64,000 nt of DNA from Niabella sp. Lineage in GTDB: Bacteria > Bacteroidota > Bacteroidia > Chitinophagales > Chitinophagaceae. The position numbers and the translations under genes are program-made. Where the stretch lies: assembly GCA_035434405.1 (NCBI GenBank), contig DAORWU010000013.1:22688-86687 (forward strand). The letters run 5' to 3'. Below are positions 28,867-39,929 of this stretch, piece by piece (positions within the stretch are counted from its first letter, which is position 1; every line of letters begins with the position of its first letter). The notes under the pieces were generated by a model, which did no database searches, was not told the DNA's origin, and saw only the letters and a program-made list of their open reading frames with translations.

Positions 28867-30156
28867 ATGAAATATTTACCATTAAATTCAAAATTATTTA
28901 GTACAAACAGGGATCGTTTTGTGAAAAAAATGCAGAAGGATTCAATGGCCATTTTTGTAGCCAACGAAGAAGTATCACAAAATGCAGATGCCCTTTATAA
29001 ATACAAACCAAACAGTTCCTTGTACTGGCTTACTGGCATCAGACAGGAAGAAACCATGCTGATCCTATTTCCTGACAATCCTGACCCCAAGTATCAGGAG
29101 GTGCTGGTATTGACTCGTCCTAATGAGGCCAAAGAAAAATGGGATGGAAAAAGACTAAGAGCCCATGAAGCTACGGCCATCAATAGCATTCAAACTATAG
29201 TATGGCTGGATGCCTTGCCTGCTTTATTTCAGGCTTGGATGCATGCCGCCAAAAATGTCTATTTAGATTCGAACGAACATGATCGAAAAGGAGTTTGGAC
29301 CGAAACCGCCCAAACCAGATATATCAAACACCTGAAAGAAAGATATCCACTACATCAGTACCTGCGTGCCGCACCCGTTATGCATGAGCTGCGTGCCGTA
29401 AAATCGAAATTTGAAATTGAAGTAACCCAAAAGGCAATCGATATCACAGAAAATGCTTTCCGCAGGTTGTTGCAATTTATCAAGCCCGGTGTGTGGGAAT
29501 ACGAAATTGAAGCAGAGATCGTTCATTCCTTTTTAAGTCAGCGTGCTACAGGCGAGGGCTACAACAGCATCATAGCCAGTGGCGACAATGCTCGTGTGTT
29601 GCACTATGTTTTCAACAATAATCAAACAAAGGATGGTGAATTAATATTAATGGATTTTGGTGCTGAGTATGGTGGATACAATGCCGACCTGACTAGAACC
29701 ATTCCTGTCAATGGTAAATTTACAGTCAGGCAAAAACAAGTGTACAATACTTGTCTCGCCGTTCATCGCTATGCGGCCAGTATCTTAAAACCAGGCATCA
29801 CCATTGCGGACTATCATGAAAAAGTAGGAAATGAATTGACTAAACAATACCTCAAAATTGGTCTTCTACAAAAGGCGGATGTGAAAAATGAAGATCCAGA
29901 AAACAGAGCCTATCGAAAATATACCTATCACGGTATTTCACACCATCTGGGTGTGGATGTGCACGACCTGGGTCCATTCCGTACACCTTTGCAGGCTGGC
30001 ATGTTGCTAACGATAGAACCAGGAATTTATATTGAGGAAGAACAAATGGGTATTAGAATTGAAAATAATTTCTGGCTTACCAAAACAGGCAATATCGATC
30101 TGATGAAAAATATCCCTATTGAAGCAGATGAAATTGAAAGACTGATGAAGAAATAA
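28867..30156 (+). CDS. pepP: Xaa-Pro aminopeptidase (M24B)
   Basis: 429 aa with a pita-bread fold and metal ligands (LMDFGAEYGGYNADLTRT...HGISHHLGVDVHD...TIEPGIY...IRIEN). Confidence 0.85.
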   Translation: MKYLPLNSKLFSTNRDRFVKKMQKDSMAIFVANEEVSQNADALYKYKPNSSLYWLTGIRQEETMLILFPDNPDPKYQEVLVLTRPNEAKEKWDGKRLRAHEATAINSIQTIVWLDALPALFQAWMHAAKNVYLDSNEHDRKGVWTETAQTRYIKHLKERYPLHQYLRAAPVMHELRAVKSKFEIEVTQKAIDITENAFRRLLQFIKPGVWEYEIEAEIVHSFLSQRATGEGYNSIIASGDNARVLHYVFNNNQTKDGELILMDFGAEYGGYNADLTRTIPVNGKFTVRQKQVYNTCLAVHRYAASILKPGITIADYHEKVGNELTKQYLKIGLLQKADVKNEDPENRAYRKYTYHGISHHLGVDVHDLGPFRTPLQAGMLLTIEPGIYIEEEQMGIRIENNFWLTKTGNIDLMKNIPIEADEIERLMKK

Positions 30157-30183
30157 AATCCAAAGACCTCGGGGCAAAACACG

Positions 30184-30942
30184 ATGGTCCAAAAAGAAAT
30201 GAAACAAATACCCAACCTGTTTACCTTACTCAATCTGGTTTTTGGCTGCATAGCCATCGTGTATATTTTCAAAACAGATGGCATACTTTTTTCCAGAACC
30301 GAAGGATCCTTTTCATTGGGCTTTGTGATTGCCGGTGTCTTTATTTTTTTGGCGGCAATAGTTGATTTTCTGGATGGATTTGTAGCCAGACTTTTTAATG
30401 CCACATCCAACATGGGAGCTCAGTTAGATTCATTGGCAGATACAGTGAGTTTTGGAGTAGCCCCTTCCATGATATTGTTTCAGTTGTTGGAGATTGCTTT
30501 TATTAAAACAGGCATTCAACCATCATTTGTTTTATTACTTCCAGCATTTTTAGTAGCCTGCTGTGGTGTGTGGCGACTGGCCAGATTCAATCTGGATAAG
30601 GAGCAAACCTATTATTTCAAAGGTGTCCCCATCCCTGCTGCCGGGCTCACCATTGCCTCGTTACCTTTTATCATCTATTATGGACCGGACTGGATGCTTC
30701 GTTACATATATAACCCTTATATACTGTATGGAGTAATATTAATAGTCTCTGTATTAATGGTTTCCAAATTGCCTTTAATCAGTTTGAAGTTCAAAAATTT
30801 TAGCATTAAATCTAATCTTGACAAATTCATTATTTTAATTATTGCAATCATTTCTATGATTTTTTTTCGATGGGCGGCGGTTCCCTTTATATTTGTGGCA
30901 TACGTTCTCGTATCTTTGATTTTTAAGCCAAATAAGAAATAA
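30184..30942 (+). CDS. pssA: CDP-diacylglycerol--serine O-phosphatidyltransferase
   Basis: CDP-alcohol phosphatidyltransferase motif DFLDGFVARLFNATSNMGAQLDSLAD in a multi-TM protein of 252 aa. Confidence 0.8.
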   Translation: MVQKEMKQIPNLFTLLNLVFGCIAIVYIFKTDGILFSRTEGSFSLGFVIAGVFIFLAAIVDFLDGFVARLFNATSNMGAQLDSLADTVSFGVAPSMILFQLLEIAFIKTGIQPSFVLLLPAFLVACCGVWRLARFNLDKEQTYYFKGVPIPAAGLTIASLPFIIYYGPDWMLRYIYNPYILYGVILIVSVLMVSKLPLISLKFKNFSIKSNLDKFIILIIAIISMIFFRWAAVPFIFVAYVLVSLIFKPNKK

Positions 30943-30943
30943 A

Positions 30944-31189
30944 ATGAATTATACAGTTCAGGTAATTATTATGCCTTTAAAAGAGTTATTAGATCCTCAA
31001 GGAAAAGCGGTCAAAGGCGGATTGGAAAACTTGGGTCTAAACAGTGTGCAAGATGTACGAGTAGGTAAAAACATTACCCTTCAAGTAAATGCCGACAGCC
31101 CCGAAGCTGCCAAAGCCATTGGTGAGGAAGCTGCTAAAAAATTATTGGCCAATGCAGTTATGGAGTATTTTGAAGTAAATGTGCTTTAG
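30944..31189 (+). CDS. purS: Phosphoribosylformylglycinamidine synthase subunit PurS
   Basis: 81 aa. LLDPQGKAV...LGL..V.DVRVGK is the PurS signature. Confidence 0.85.
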   Translation: MNYTVQVIIMPLKELLDPQGKAVKGGLENLGLNSVQDVRVGKNITLQVNADSPEAAKAIGEEAAKKLLANAVMEYFEVNVL

Positions 31190-31227
31190 ATTACAGATTA
31201 AGGATTTTATTAAATTATCAATAATAC

Positions 31228-31893
31228 ATGTTGTACCTAGTACCAACTCCCATTGGTAATTTAAAGGACATTACACTACGGGCTTTGGAAATACTAAAGT
31301 CCGTAGATGTTATATTGGCAGAGGATACCAGAACCACTTCCCACCTGCTAAACCATTATCAGATATCCAAACCACTTACACCCTACCACCAGCACAACGA
31401 ACATAAAATAGTAGAACATTTGTTGCAGCAATTAGGTGCGGGCAAAAATATGGCCCTAGTCACCGATGCCGGAACACCTGGTATTTCGGATCCTGCTTTT
31501 TTATTGGTGAGGGCTTGTGTGCAACAAGGTGTGGAAGTGCAAAGTTTGCCCGGAGCTACTGCCTTTGTGCCTGCATTGGTGAATAGTGGACTGCCTTGTA
31601 ACCGATTTTGTTTTGAAGGTTTTTTACCTCTCAAAAAAGGTCGTCATACCCTTTTTGAAAAATTGAAAACCGAAGAACGAACCATGATGTTTTACGAGTC
31701 GCCTATGCGTCTGGTAAAGACACTGAAAGATTTTGCTGAATACTTTGGGAATGACCGGCAATGCAGTGTAAGCAGAGAACTAACCAAAATGTTTGAAGAA
31801 ACCAAACGAGGTAGTTTGCAGGAAGTAGCAGAATACTTTTCTCAAAAAACAGTGAAAGGTGAGATTGTCATCGTAATAGAAGGATTCAAATAA
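31228..31893 (+). CDS. rsmI: 16S rRNA (cytidine1402-2'-O)-methyltransferase RsmI
   Basis: LYLVPTPIGNLKDITLRALEILKSVDVILAEDTR...TDAGTPGISDP are tetrapyrrole-methylase-fold RsmI motifs. Confidence 0.9.
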   Translation: MLYLVPTPIGNLKDITLRALEILKSVDVILAEDTRTTSHLLNHYQISKPLTPYHQHNEHKIVEHLLQQLGAGKNMALVTDAGTPGISDPAFLLVRACVQQGVEVQSLPGATAFVPALVNSGLPCNRFCFEGFLPLKKGRHTLFEKLKTEERTMMFYESPMRLVKTLKDFAEYFGNDRQCSVSRELTKMFEETKRGSLQEVAEYFSQKTVKGEIVIVIEGFK

Positions 31894-32088
31894 AGGACTG
31901 CTTACATTTTTTACACTCCAACAATACAAGTTCCGGTTCCACCAGAATATTGAACAGTCAAACAGCAAACCAAACATAAAAGTCCCCCCATTCGGTTTTA
32001 TTGAAATTATTCTTTGCGGCAAACATCAATTCCGAATTAGTATAGCTATCTTCCACCAAAAATATTCTACTAAAGACAATTGTTCATA

Positions 32089-33393
32089 ATGGAAAATCAA
32101 ACAGAGGTACTTTCCTCAAATGGCAATAAAGCCAAAGGTTTTTTATTTGCCTTCGCCCTGGTTACTTCACTTTTCTTCTTTTGGGGATTTGTACATAACC
32201 TTGATCCCATTCTGATACCACATTTGCGAAGAGCTTTCAGGCTTAGTAATTTTCAGGCCACGCTGGTGGATTCGGCAGTATTTGTGGCTTATTTTGTAAT
32301 GGCTATACCTGCAGGAACCATTATGAAAAAGTATGGTTATAAAACCGGTATTATTTTCGGACTCATATTATTTTCTCTGGGATGTTTTCTTTTTATTCCA
32401 GCTGCCAATACTATGCAATATTCGTTTTTTCTGGGTGCTCTATTTATAGTGGCTTGTGGTTTGGCTACACTAGAAACTGCTGCAAATCCTTATGCCACGG
32501 TGTTGGGTACTCCCGAAACTGCAACGCAAAGATTAAACTTTGCTCAATCCTTCAATGGTCTGGCTGCGTTTTTGGCTCCAATTGTAGGCGGTGTTTTTAT
32601 CTTGAACGAAAGCCCCAAAACTGACCAAGAAGTAGATAGCATGACTGAAGTGGCTCGAAATGCCTATTTACTTTCCGAAACCTCCACAGTAAAATTGCCT
32701 TATCTTATTTTGGGCATTGCTGTTTTGTTAGTAGCCATCATTTTTGTTTTTACCAAGCTCCCTGATATTAAGGACGATGAGGAACCGGTGCATCCAGGCT
32801 TTTTCCATGCCTTGAGACATAAACACCTGGTGTGGGCCGTTGTAGCTCAATTTTTTTATGTGGGCGCACAGGTTTGCATACTAAGTATGTTGATCCTATA
32901 TGCCACAAAAGCCGCAGGAATTTCAGAAAAGGATGCCACCTGGTATGCCGGTGCCGCTGGTCTTGCTTTTATGCTGGGTCGGTTTGTAGGCACTTTCTTT
33001 ATGCGGTTTATAAAACCTCAAAAGCTGTTAGCTTTCTATTCCATCATTTGTATCCTTCTTTGTACTTATACCATTTTTGGTTCGGGTATATTCACTTTGT
33101 ACGCTATGATTGGCATCGCATTTTTTATGTCCATCATGTTCCCTACCATATTTGCATTAGGTATTGCCAGATTAGGAGCAGATACAAAATCGGGTTCCAG
33201 CCTGCTGATTATGTCTATTGTTGGTGGTGCTTTATTACCTCCGGTTCTTGGCCTGATTGCCGATGCCACCCATAACTTACAATATGGATATGCAGTACCA
33301 TTAATTTGTTTTGCCGTCATTGGCTGGTATGCCAAAATTGGAGTAAAGGCAGATTTGAACCAAGAAGAATTGTCTATGAGATCAGGACATTAA
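32089..33393 (+). CDS. fucP: MFS sugar transporter (L-fucose:H+ symporter / glucose-galactose transporter family)
   Basis: 12-TM MFS protein with a FucP-like N-terminus (TSLFFFWGFVHNLDPILIPHLRRAF). I prefer the ATG at 32089; the track begins at TTG 32080. The substrate is not determined. Confidence 0.8.
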   Translation: MENQTEVLSSNGNKAKGFLFAFALVTSLFFFWGFVHNLDPILIPHLRRAFRLSNFQATLVDSAVFVAYFVMAIPAGTIMKKYGYKTGIIFGLILFSLGCFLFIPAANTMQYSFFLGALFIVACGLATLETAANPYATVLGTPETATQRLNFAQSFNGLAAFLAPIVGGVFILNESPKTDQEVDSMTEVARNAYLLSETSTVKLPYLILGIAVLLVAIIFVFTKLPDIKDDEEPVHPGFFHALRHKHLVWAVVAQFFYVGAQVCILSMLILYATKAAGISEKDATWYAGAAGLAFMLGRFVGTFFMRFIKPQKLLAFYSIICILLCTYTIFGSGIFTLYAMIGIAFFMSIMFPTIFALGIARLGADTKSGSSLLIMSIVGGALLPPVLGLIADATHNLQYGYAVPLICFAVIGWYAKIGVKADLNQEELSMRSGH

Positions 33394-33414
33394 TTTTCTA
33401 AGATGTTTTTTCGT

Positions 33415-34593
33415 TTAAGCTGAGGATGAAGTCGTCTTCAGCTTTTTTTGCAATGCATATTTCAGGAAGACAAATCCAATTGTACCGGCTATGACAGAGG
33501 ACAACAATATGCTAAGTTTAGACTGATTGATCACCTCTGAATTATCAAAAGCTAATAAGGATATGAATATCGACATAGTAAATCCAATACCTCCCAATAA
33601 GCCTGTACCAGCTACCAGTTTCCAGTTGATATCCTGAGGCAATTGACAAATTTTTAGCTTAACAGAAAGAAATGCAAATGACAATATGCCAACCGGTTTA
33701 CCCACAATCAGTCCCAAGGCAATTCCCAGACTATATCGTTCCTGAAGCAAAGACATTAATCCTCCTTTTATTTCAATGGCTGTGTTGGCAAGCGCAAATA
33801 GAGGCAGGATAATAAAAGCCACTGGCGCATGAAGAAAATGTTGTAATCTGTAGGAGATGGACTTCTTGTCTCCATTGCCAAAGGGTATTGCAAACGCCAA
33901 TAACACACCGGTGATGGTGGCATGCACACCTGAATAAAGCATAAACCACCACATAGCCACCCCTCCTATTAAATAGGGAATTAGGTTCCTGACTCTTAGT
34001 CGATTTAATAATAGCAATACTACCCATATACCCAGTGAAATAAAAAGATTAGTCAATAATAAATCCCCTGAATAAAAAATGGCGATTACTAATATTGCTC
34101 CTAAATCATCTATCACTGCTAAGGCAGTTAAAAATATTTTAATTGAGACAGGTACACTTTTACCTAATAAAGACAACACCCCCAGGGCAAAAGCAATATC
34201 CGTGGCCATGGGAATACCTGCACCTGATTGAGTGTCAGTGCCTGCATTAAGAGCTAAATAAAGAAAAGCGGGCACTACCATTCCGCCTAAAGCCCCAAAC
34301 ATAGGAAGCAAGGCATTTTTTAATTTCGATAATTCTCCGATATAAATTTCACGTTCCAACTCTAGCCCAATCAACAAAAAGAAAATAGCCATCAAACCAT
34401 CGTTGATCCAATACTCCAGTGTGCCTGTGCCGATGTCCTGAAGCCAGAAATGATGATAACTTTCTCCCATTGTGTTATTTGCGATGATCAATGATAAGGC
34501 AGTACAAAAGATCAGCAACAGTCCACCAGTCTTTTCACTGGCAATAAATTCTTTAAAAAGTTGAGAAAGTTTATTGCTTTGCTTTTTTGTCAT
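33415..34593 (-). CDS. nhaA: Na+/H+ antiporter NhaA
   Basis: 392 aa with NhaA motifs (IPMATDIAFALGVL...LTALAVIDDLGAI). Confidence 0.9.
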   Translation of the reverse strand: MTKKQSNKLSQLFKEFIASEKTGGLLLIFCTALSLIIANNTMGESYHHFWLQDIGTGTLEYWINDGLMAIFFLLIGLELEREIYIGELSKLKNALLPMFGALGGMVVPAFLYLALNAGTDTQSGAGIPMATDIAFALGVLSLLGKSVPVSIKIFLTALAVIDDLGAILVIAIFYSGDLLLTNLFISLGIWVVLLLLNRLRVRNLIPYLIGGVAMWWFMLYSGVHATITGVLLAFAIPFGNGDKKSISYRLQHFLHAPVAFIILPLFALANTAIEIKGGLMSLLQERYSLGIALGLIVGKPVGILSFAFLSVKLKICQLPQDINWKLVAGTGLLGGIGFTMSIFISLLAFDNSEVINQSKLSILLSSVIAGTIGFVFLKYALQKKLKTTSSSA

Positions 34594-34776
34594 AGGGTAT
34601 AAAAGTCTTAAAACAAGCCCAATTATCCAAACAAAAAAAGGAACGCAGTAGAACGCTCATCAAATTATAGACAATACTTTTTGTATTCATGCAATTGCGG
34701 GTTCATTCTCCTTTGACCCAATTGGGTGTGTGAATTTCAAAAAACCACCTTCACTAAAGAAACATTCACCTTAGAT

Positions 34777-35646
34777 TCAATCTGCCGGATAACTACAGGT
34801 AGAATCTGGAAACACAGCAATATTCAGGCTAGATACAGTATGAGCACTAAAAAAGCCCAGTGCACCTCCCTGTATATTAGATACCGGATTGTTTGGAGAA
34901 GCAGACTGAGAAGTTCCTAGCGCTCCCTGATTTAGACTATACCAGTACAAATAAGTAGGTTTATCGATACATTGCATACTGACTCTTAACTGGTCACATT
35001 TATAGAGGGTATAATCAGTAGATTGAACTAAAATATCATACACCACCTGCCGATTATTTATCAATATATCATTCATTAAAAAAATGGAAGTTTCCTCGTA
35101 TCCATTCACATATTGTATAAACCGATAGGCATTGCCTGAAGCCGGCGGATCCTTGAATTTGATGGTTCCCAATTTACGGGTGCTACCTAAAAATGGTCTT
35201 TCAGTTATATATAGACTATCCAGTTTCACCTTAGTCGGCATGGTGGACATGGCGGTATAAATCTGTTTTGAAAACCCTGACAATTTATTGGAACGCGCTA
35301 GTGTGATACTGTCGATCACAATTCGAAGAGCATATCGGTGCCCGGTTTTTCCTAATAGATTTCCTCTGTACACGCCTCTCACATTGGTTTCCTTTAAAAG
35401 AGTAGGCGTTGCTCCGTTGTCGGAGATGGAAACCAAAGCTCCGGTAATACCATTCAAATCAACCGTATCATAAAAATTACTAGAACGTGAAATCCGCACT
35501 TTACACACCGTATCATCTGTAATTATTCCTTCCACTACCAATCGAACAGGTGCAGGAGGAATGTCTGCTTTGATGACTTTTTCACAACCCAAGGCTAGCC
35601 CCATGGCTAGGAAACAACCTACAATGCAAATCAGTTTTCCCATCAT
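34777..35646 (-). CDS. DUF4249-like lipoprotein (partner of the upstream TonB-dependent receptor)
   Basis: 289 aa with a lipoprotein signal (LALGC). It overlaps the receptor stop by 1 nt. The pairing of a receptor with a DUF4249 protein is common in Bacteroidota. Confidence 0.65.
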   Translation of the reverse strand: MMGKLICIVGCFLAMGLALGCEKVIKADIPPAPVRLVVEGIITDDTVCKVRISRSSNFYDTVDLNGITGALVSISDNGATPTLLKETNVRGVYRGNLLGKTGHRYALRIVIDSITLARSNKLSGFSKQIYTAMSTMPTKVKLDSLYITERPFLGSTRKLGTIKFKDPPASGNAYRFIQYVNGYEETSIFLMNDILINNRQVVYDILVQSTDYTLYKCDQLRVSMQCIDKPTYLYWYSLNQGALGTSQSASPNNPVSNIQGGALGFFSAHTVSSLNIAVFPDSTCSYPAD

Positions 35647-37964
35647 TATTTCAACTTAAAATTATAAGATATGGAAGGTACATATTTAAATAAGGATGTT
35701 TTCACCGCTTCTGTTACGGTAGGATCATCCTCATTTTGACGAAACGAGATGGTATAGGCATTTTCCCGGCCATAGGCATTGAAAAGGCTAAAAGCCAGTT
35801 CAGATCTAAACTTTTTCCGATCCTTAAGTAGCCATGTTGCCCCGAGATCCAACCTGTGATAGGCAGGCATTCTGGCTGCATTTCTTTCGGTATAGTGGAA
35901 TATGATTTTATTATCGATAATATATTTTCCACTTGGATAGGTAACTGCATCACCGGTATAGTAAATCCAGTTTGCAGCTAGGTTCCATCGTTTCGTCAAT
36001 TGGTGGTTAAGCACAATAGCTACATCATGAGTGCGATCCTGTCTGGCATTGTACCAATGACCATCATTGATTCCGTCAATTTTTCTTTCAGTTTTGGATA
36101 GCGTATAACTGACCCAACCCGTCGTTTTTCCAGATTTCTTTTTAATCAAAAACTCCAACCCATAGGCTCTACCTCTACCAAATAGCAATTGCGATTCAAT
36201 GGCATCATTGGTGAACACATCCGCACCCGGTTTATAGTCTATCTGGTGATTCATCCACTTATAATAGGTTTCGGAGGAAAACTCATATTGCTTTGCAAAA
36301 TCTTTATACCATCCCAAGGCTATCTGATCCGAGATTTCAGGCTTAATAATATTAGTACTTGCCAACCACTTGTCCGTAGGGGTGCTGGTGGTGGAATTAG
36401 CAATCAAATGCAGATTCTGCACATTTCGTACATAGGAAGCTTTGATAGAAGATGTACGATTTATGATAAAACTGACCGCCAGTCTGGGTTCCAGATTTAG
36501 GTAATTCTTTACCAATTTCCCACTGGTATATTTTAAGGTATCTGTGATATTTCCTTCGGCATCCAAATTATAAAAGTCGCCTGGCCCCACAATGGCAAAG
36601 GAAGATAGTCTGGCACCATAAGTCAGGTTCAGCCAGTCATTGGCTTTCCAGTTGTCCGTGGCATAGATAGCATTGTCCCAAGATGTTCTATTTTGCAGAT
36701 AGAAATTATTAAAACTGGTATTCCCCGAGGAAGTAACTTCTCCGGGTTTGATACGATGTCTTATCGCATTGAGTCCAAACCGAACGGTGTGTCTGCCACC
36801 TGCAAACCACTGGTATTCGTGTTTAAGATTGATATCTTTTATCTCCGAAACAATTTTTAGATCGTTGCTGGAATTATTGATATAAATACCATAATCAAAA
36901 TTGCTATATATGAAAGATGTATTGGCAAAGAGTCGGCTATTAAAAAGATGGTTCCATCTAAATGTGCCTGTAACATTTCCCCAGTCAATACCAAATTGTT
37001 TATCCAACTTTAAAAAATCCCTTCCATAGTAGCCAGAAAAATAGAGCTTGTCTTTGCTGCCAATGCTATAATTCATCTTAGCATTGTAGTCGTAAAAATA
37101 CAGTCGGCTTTTCTTTACATTTTCTTCATTTGCCAGTGGCGCAAAAAGATCAGCATAGGTTCTTCTTCCCGAAACCAGAAAGGAGGATCTTCCTTTTTGA
37201 ATGGGGCCTTCGAGGTTAAGCTTGGCAGAAATCAACCCCACGCCACCACTCAGTTCATAGTGCTGGTTGTTCCCTTCATTCATTTTCACATCCAACACCG
37301 AAGATAGTCTGCCGCCATATTGAGCTGGCATTCCCCCTTTATAAACAGTAACATCTTTAATGGCATCTGCATTGAAGGTAGAAAAAAAGCCCATCAGATG
37401 CGAGGCATTATAAACCTGTGCTTCATCTAATAAAATCAGGTTCTGATCGGATGATCCTCCTCGCACATAAAAACCGCTATTGCCATCACCGGCCTGTTTG
37501 ATGCCAGGCAGTAACTGTATGGCTTTTAAAATATCGCGTTCGCCCAGCAACATGGGGATGCTTTTAATTTCGTTCATGGTGAGTTTCTCCACGCCCATCT
37601 GAGTACTGGTGATGGTACGACCTTTGGAATTGGCGGTTACACTTACGTTTTCCAAATCCTTTACTTCATCCGGCAAGGATAGGTTGCGGACTATATTCCC
37701 ATCCAATAGTATTCTTTCGGTAACCGATTCGAATCCGATGGCAGAAATTTCTATTTCATACGTTCCTTTTGGAAACGTGATTGAATAAAAACCATACTCG
37801 TTACTACTCACCCCTTCCCTGCCATTTACATGCTTCACACTAGCATTGATCAGGGTTTCGCCAGTACGTGCAGAACGAATAGTTCCACTTAGTGTGAAAT
37901 TTTGCTGCGCATAGCTGGAAGAAAAAAACGCAATAAAAATGAATGAAAAAATTATCCCTTTCAT
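35646..37964 (-). CDS. TonB-dependent receptor with carboxypeptidase-regulatory-like N-domain
   Basis: 772 aa with a signal peptide, a CarboxypepD_reg-like segment (FTLSGTIRSARTGETLINASV), a plug region (LLPGI...GGSSDQNLILLDEAQVYN) and a C-terminal barrel ending in aromatic-rich strands. Confidence 0.9.
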   Translation of the reverse strand: MKGIIFSFIFIAFFSSSYAQQNFTLSGTIRSARTGETLINASVKHVNGREGVSSNEYGFYSITFPKGTYEIEISAIGFESVTERILLDGNIVRNLSLPDEVKDLENVSVTANSKGRTITSTQMGVEKLTMNEIKSIPMLLGERDILKAIQLLPGIKQAGDGNSGFYVRGGSSDQNLILLDEAQVYNASHLMGFFSTFNADAIKDVTVYKGGMPAQYGGRLSSVLDVKMNEGNNQHYELSGGVGLISAKLNLEGPIQKGRSSFLVSGRRTYADLFAPLANEENVKKSRLYFYDYNAKMNYSIGSKDKLYFSGYYGRDFLKLDKQFGIDWGNVTGTFRWNHLFNSRLFANTSFIYSNFDYGIYINNSSNDLKIVSEIKDINLKHEYQWFAGGRHTVRFGLNAIRHRIKPGEVTSSGNTSFNNFYLQNRTSWDNAIYATDNWKANDWLNLTYGARLSSFAIVGPGDFYNLDAEGNITDTLKYTSGKLVKNYLNLEPRLAVSFIINRTSSIKASYVRNVQNLHLIANSTTSTPTDKWLASTNIIKPEISDQIALGWYKDFAKQYEFSSETYYKWMNHQIDYKPGADVFTNDAIESQLLFGRGRAYGLEFLIKKKSGKTTGWVSYTLSKTERKIDGINDGHWYNARQDRTHDVAIVLNHQLTKRWNLAANWIYYTGDAVTYPSGKYIIDNKIIFHYTERNAARMPAYHRLDLGATWLLKDRKKFRSELAFSLFNAYGRENAYTISFRQNEDDPTVTEAVKTSLFKYVPSISYNFKLK

Positions 37965-38066
37965 GAAACTTTATGAAGCCCGAAAGATAATTTATAAAGC
38001 CGATACGCGTATAAGAATATTTGATTCTTTCGGTACAAAAGATGCAATCGCTTTTATTGGGAAATA

Positions 38067-38939
38067 CTATTTGTGAACTAAAACCTTCCAGGTTCGAAGA
38101 AACTCACCACCTGATTCTAATGTATTTATGCCTTCTTTTTCTGTAAGCTGCTGTGTGGTGTTTACGCTATCTGCAATGCCACACCAGGGTTCGATGCAAA
38201 CAAAATCGGCATCCTTTGCAGCCCATATTCCCAAAAAGGGGAAGCCAGTGAAATCAAACTCAAAGCCCAAATTATTCTTCTTGGAAATCAATTTTACTTT
38301 GTTGCTTTTCAAATTTTTTAAAACAATCGCATCTTTATTAAAAAGACTTTTGTTCAGGTTGATCCTATTCGCTTCTTCCAGGAAATTATCGACCTTTAAT
38401 TCAATTAATCCATCTGGCGAAATAGGCCATCTTCCTGCCTGCTCATTTCGGTTGAACTCCAACACATAATCTTCATAAACCTCCCCTTCCAAAATTGGAA
38501 CACGAAAAGCTGGATGTCCACCTACAGAAAAATACATGGTGGATGATCCCTTATTTATTATTCTGTAGGATACACTCAAGGTACAATCAATAATGGTATA
38601 GTCTATAAAAAACTCGAAGGTAAAAGGAAAAACTTTTAGTGTTTCCTGATCACTTTTTAACACAAGGGATAATGTATCATTTGATTGATGACAAAGTTCA
38701 AACTGGCGATCTCTTGCAAATCCATGTCGGGGAAGTTGATATTCCTTGTCGTTGAAATAGTAAGTATTGTTTTTAAGAGTGCCCACCACTGGGAACAATA
38801 CCGGCGAATGTTTTGCCCATACAGATGGGTTGCCATCCCACATAAACTCCTGCCCTGTTTTCTTATATACCATACTTTGGAGCTCTGCGCCTTTGGCAGA
38901 TACACTTACTCTTATATTTTCATTTTCCAGAATAAACAT
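38067..38939 (-). CDS. Aldose 1-epimerase family protein
   Basis: 290 aa with a mutarotase-like pattern (LFPVVG...HGFAR...GGHPAF). Confidence 0.8.
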   Translation of the reverse strand: MFILENENIRVSVSAKGAELQSMVYKKTGQEFMWDGNPSVWAKHSPVLFPVVGTLKNNTYYFNDKEYQLPRHGFARDRQFELCHQSNDTLSLVLKSDQETLKVFPFTFEFFIDYTIIDCTLSVSYRIINKGSSTMYFSVGGHPAFRVPILEGEVYEDYVLEFNRNEQAGRWPISPDGLIELKVDNFLEEANRINLNKSLFNKDAIVLKNLKSNKVKLISKKNNLGFEFDFTGFPFLGIWAAKDADFVCIEPWCGIADSVNTTQQLTEKEGINTLESGGEFLRTWKVLVHK

Positions 38940-38987
38940 AAACTAAGGCAATAAGAATAATAAATGTAGACACTCCCAAAAACTCAT

Positions 38988-39073
38988 AATAATCAATATT
39001 CGATGGTCAATATTCATTTTCAAAAAGCATCAATCACTCTTCAAAATTCTTCATTCAAAATTCATAATTTGTA
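38988..39073 (+). repeat. AT-rich CAAT-type intergenic module (third copy)
   Basis: AATAATCAATATTC (38988-39001) is identical to 4811-4824. The tract continues with ...TCAATATTC...CATCAATCAC...CATAATTTGTA in the SDR/epimerase spacer. Confidence 0.3.
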
Positions 39074-39080
39074 CCCCACC

Positions 39081-39899
39081 CTACACACCGCCAAATACCG
39101 TGAAACCTCCATCTACCACTATAGATGCTCCATTTACAAAAGTGGATTCATCACTTAATAACCAGATCAGGGCACCAGTCAGCTCATCCGCATTTCCAAA
39201 TCTTTTGTAAGGTGTACCCTGAATGATAAGATTTCCTCTATGGGTGTAGCTACCATCCTCATTGGTCAATAACTTTCTGTTTTGGTCAGCCAGAAAAAAT
39301 CCAGGTACTAGAGAATTCATGCGCAATTTGTCTCCATACCTATTAGCCATTTCCACAGCAAACCATTTAGTATAAGATTCGATAGCGGTTTTAGCGAGGC
39401 TGTACCCCAACACCCTTGTAACAGCAGTTTGAGCTGCTACTGAAGAAATATTCACAATGCTACCAGCTCCTGCAGACTCGATCATCGCTTTTCCAAAAAC
39501 CTGGGTTGGTAAGATTGTGCCAAACAGGTTCAGATCCATCACTTGTTTAAGTGCCTGCATGTCCAGATCAAAAATTTCCTGATCGGGTTGTATTACTGCA
39601 CCCGCCTGATTTCCACCAGCAGCATTTATCAATCCGGTGATTTTGCCATACTGATCCAATACCGTTTTACAACATGTTTTTAATTGATCCTCGTTCAATA
39701 CATCAGCCACCAATGCAATAGCTCGTCCTCCTTCATTTTCAATTTCTGCCACTCTTTCCTGAGCTACTTGCTCGTTGCGTCCCATTATACCCACTACGGC
39801 TCCCTGTGCAGCCAGTGCTTTTACAAAAGCATGACCCAACACGCCAGTGGCACCAGTTACAATAATTACCTTATCATCTAATGAAAATTTTTTTGTCAT
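39081..39899 (-). CDS. SDR family oxidoreductase
   Basis: 272 aa with TGATGVLG (the TGxxxGxG motif) and a YxxxK active-site motif (YSLAK). Confidence 0.85.
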   Translation of the reverse strand: MTKKFSLDDKVIIVTGATGVLGHAFVKALAAQGAVVGIMGRNEQVAQERVAEIENEGGRAIALVADVLNEDQLKTCCKTVLDQYGKITGLINAAGGNQAGAVIQPDQEIFDLDMQALKQVMDLNLFGTILPTQVFGKAMIESAGAGSIVNISSVAAQTAVTRVLGYSLAKTAIESYTKWFAVEMANRYGDKLRMNSLVPGFFLADQNRKLLTNEDGSYTHRGNLIIQGTPYKRFGNADELTGALIWLLSDESTFVNGASIVVDGGFTVFGGV

Positions 39900-39929
39900 T
39901 GTTTTTGAAATACTATTTTTTACGTTTGA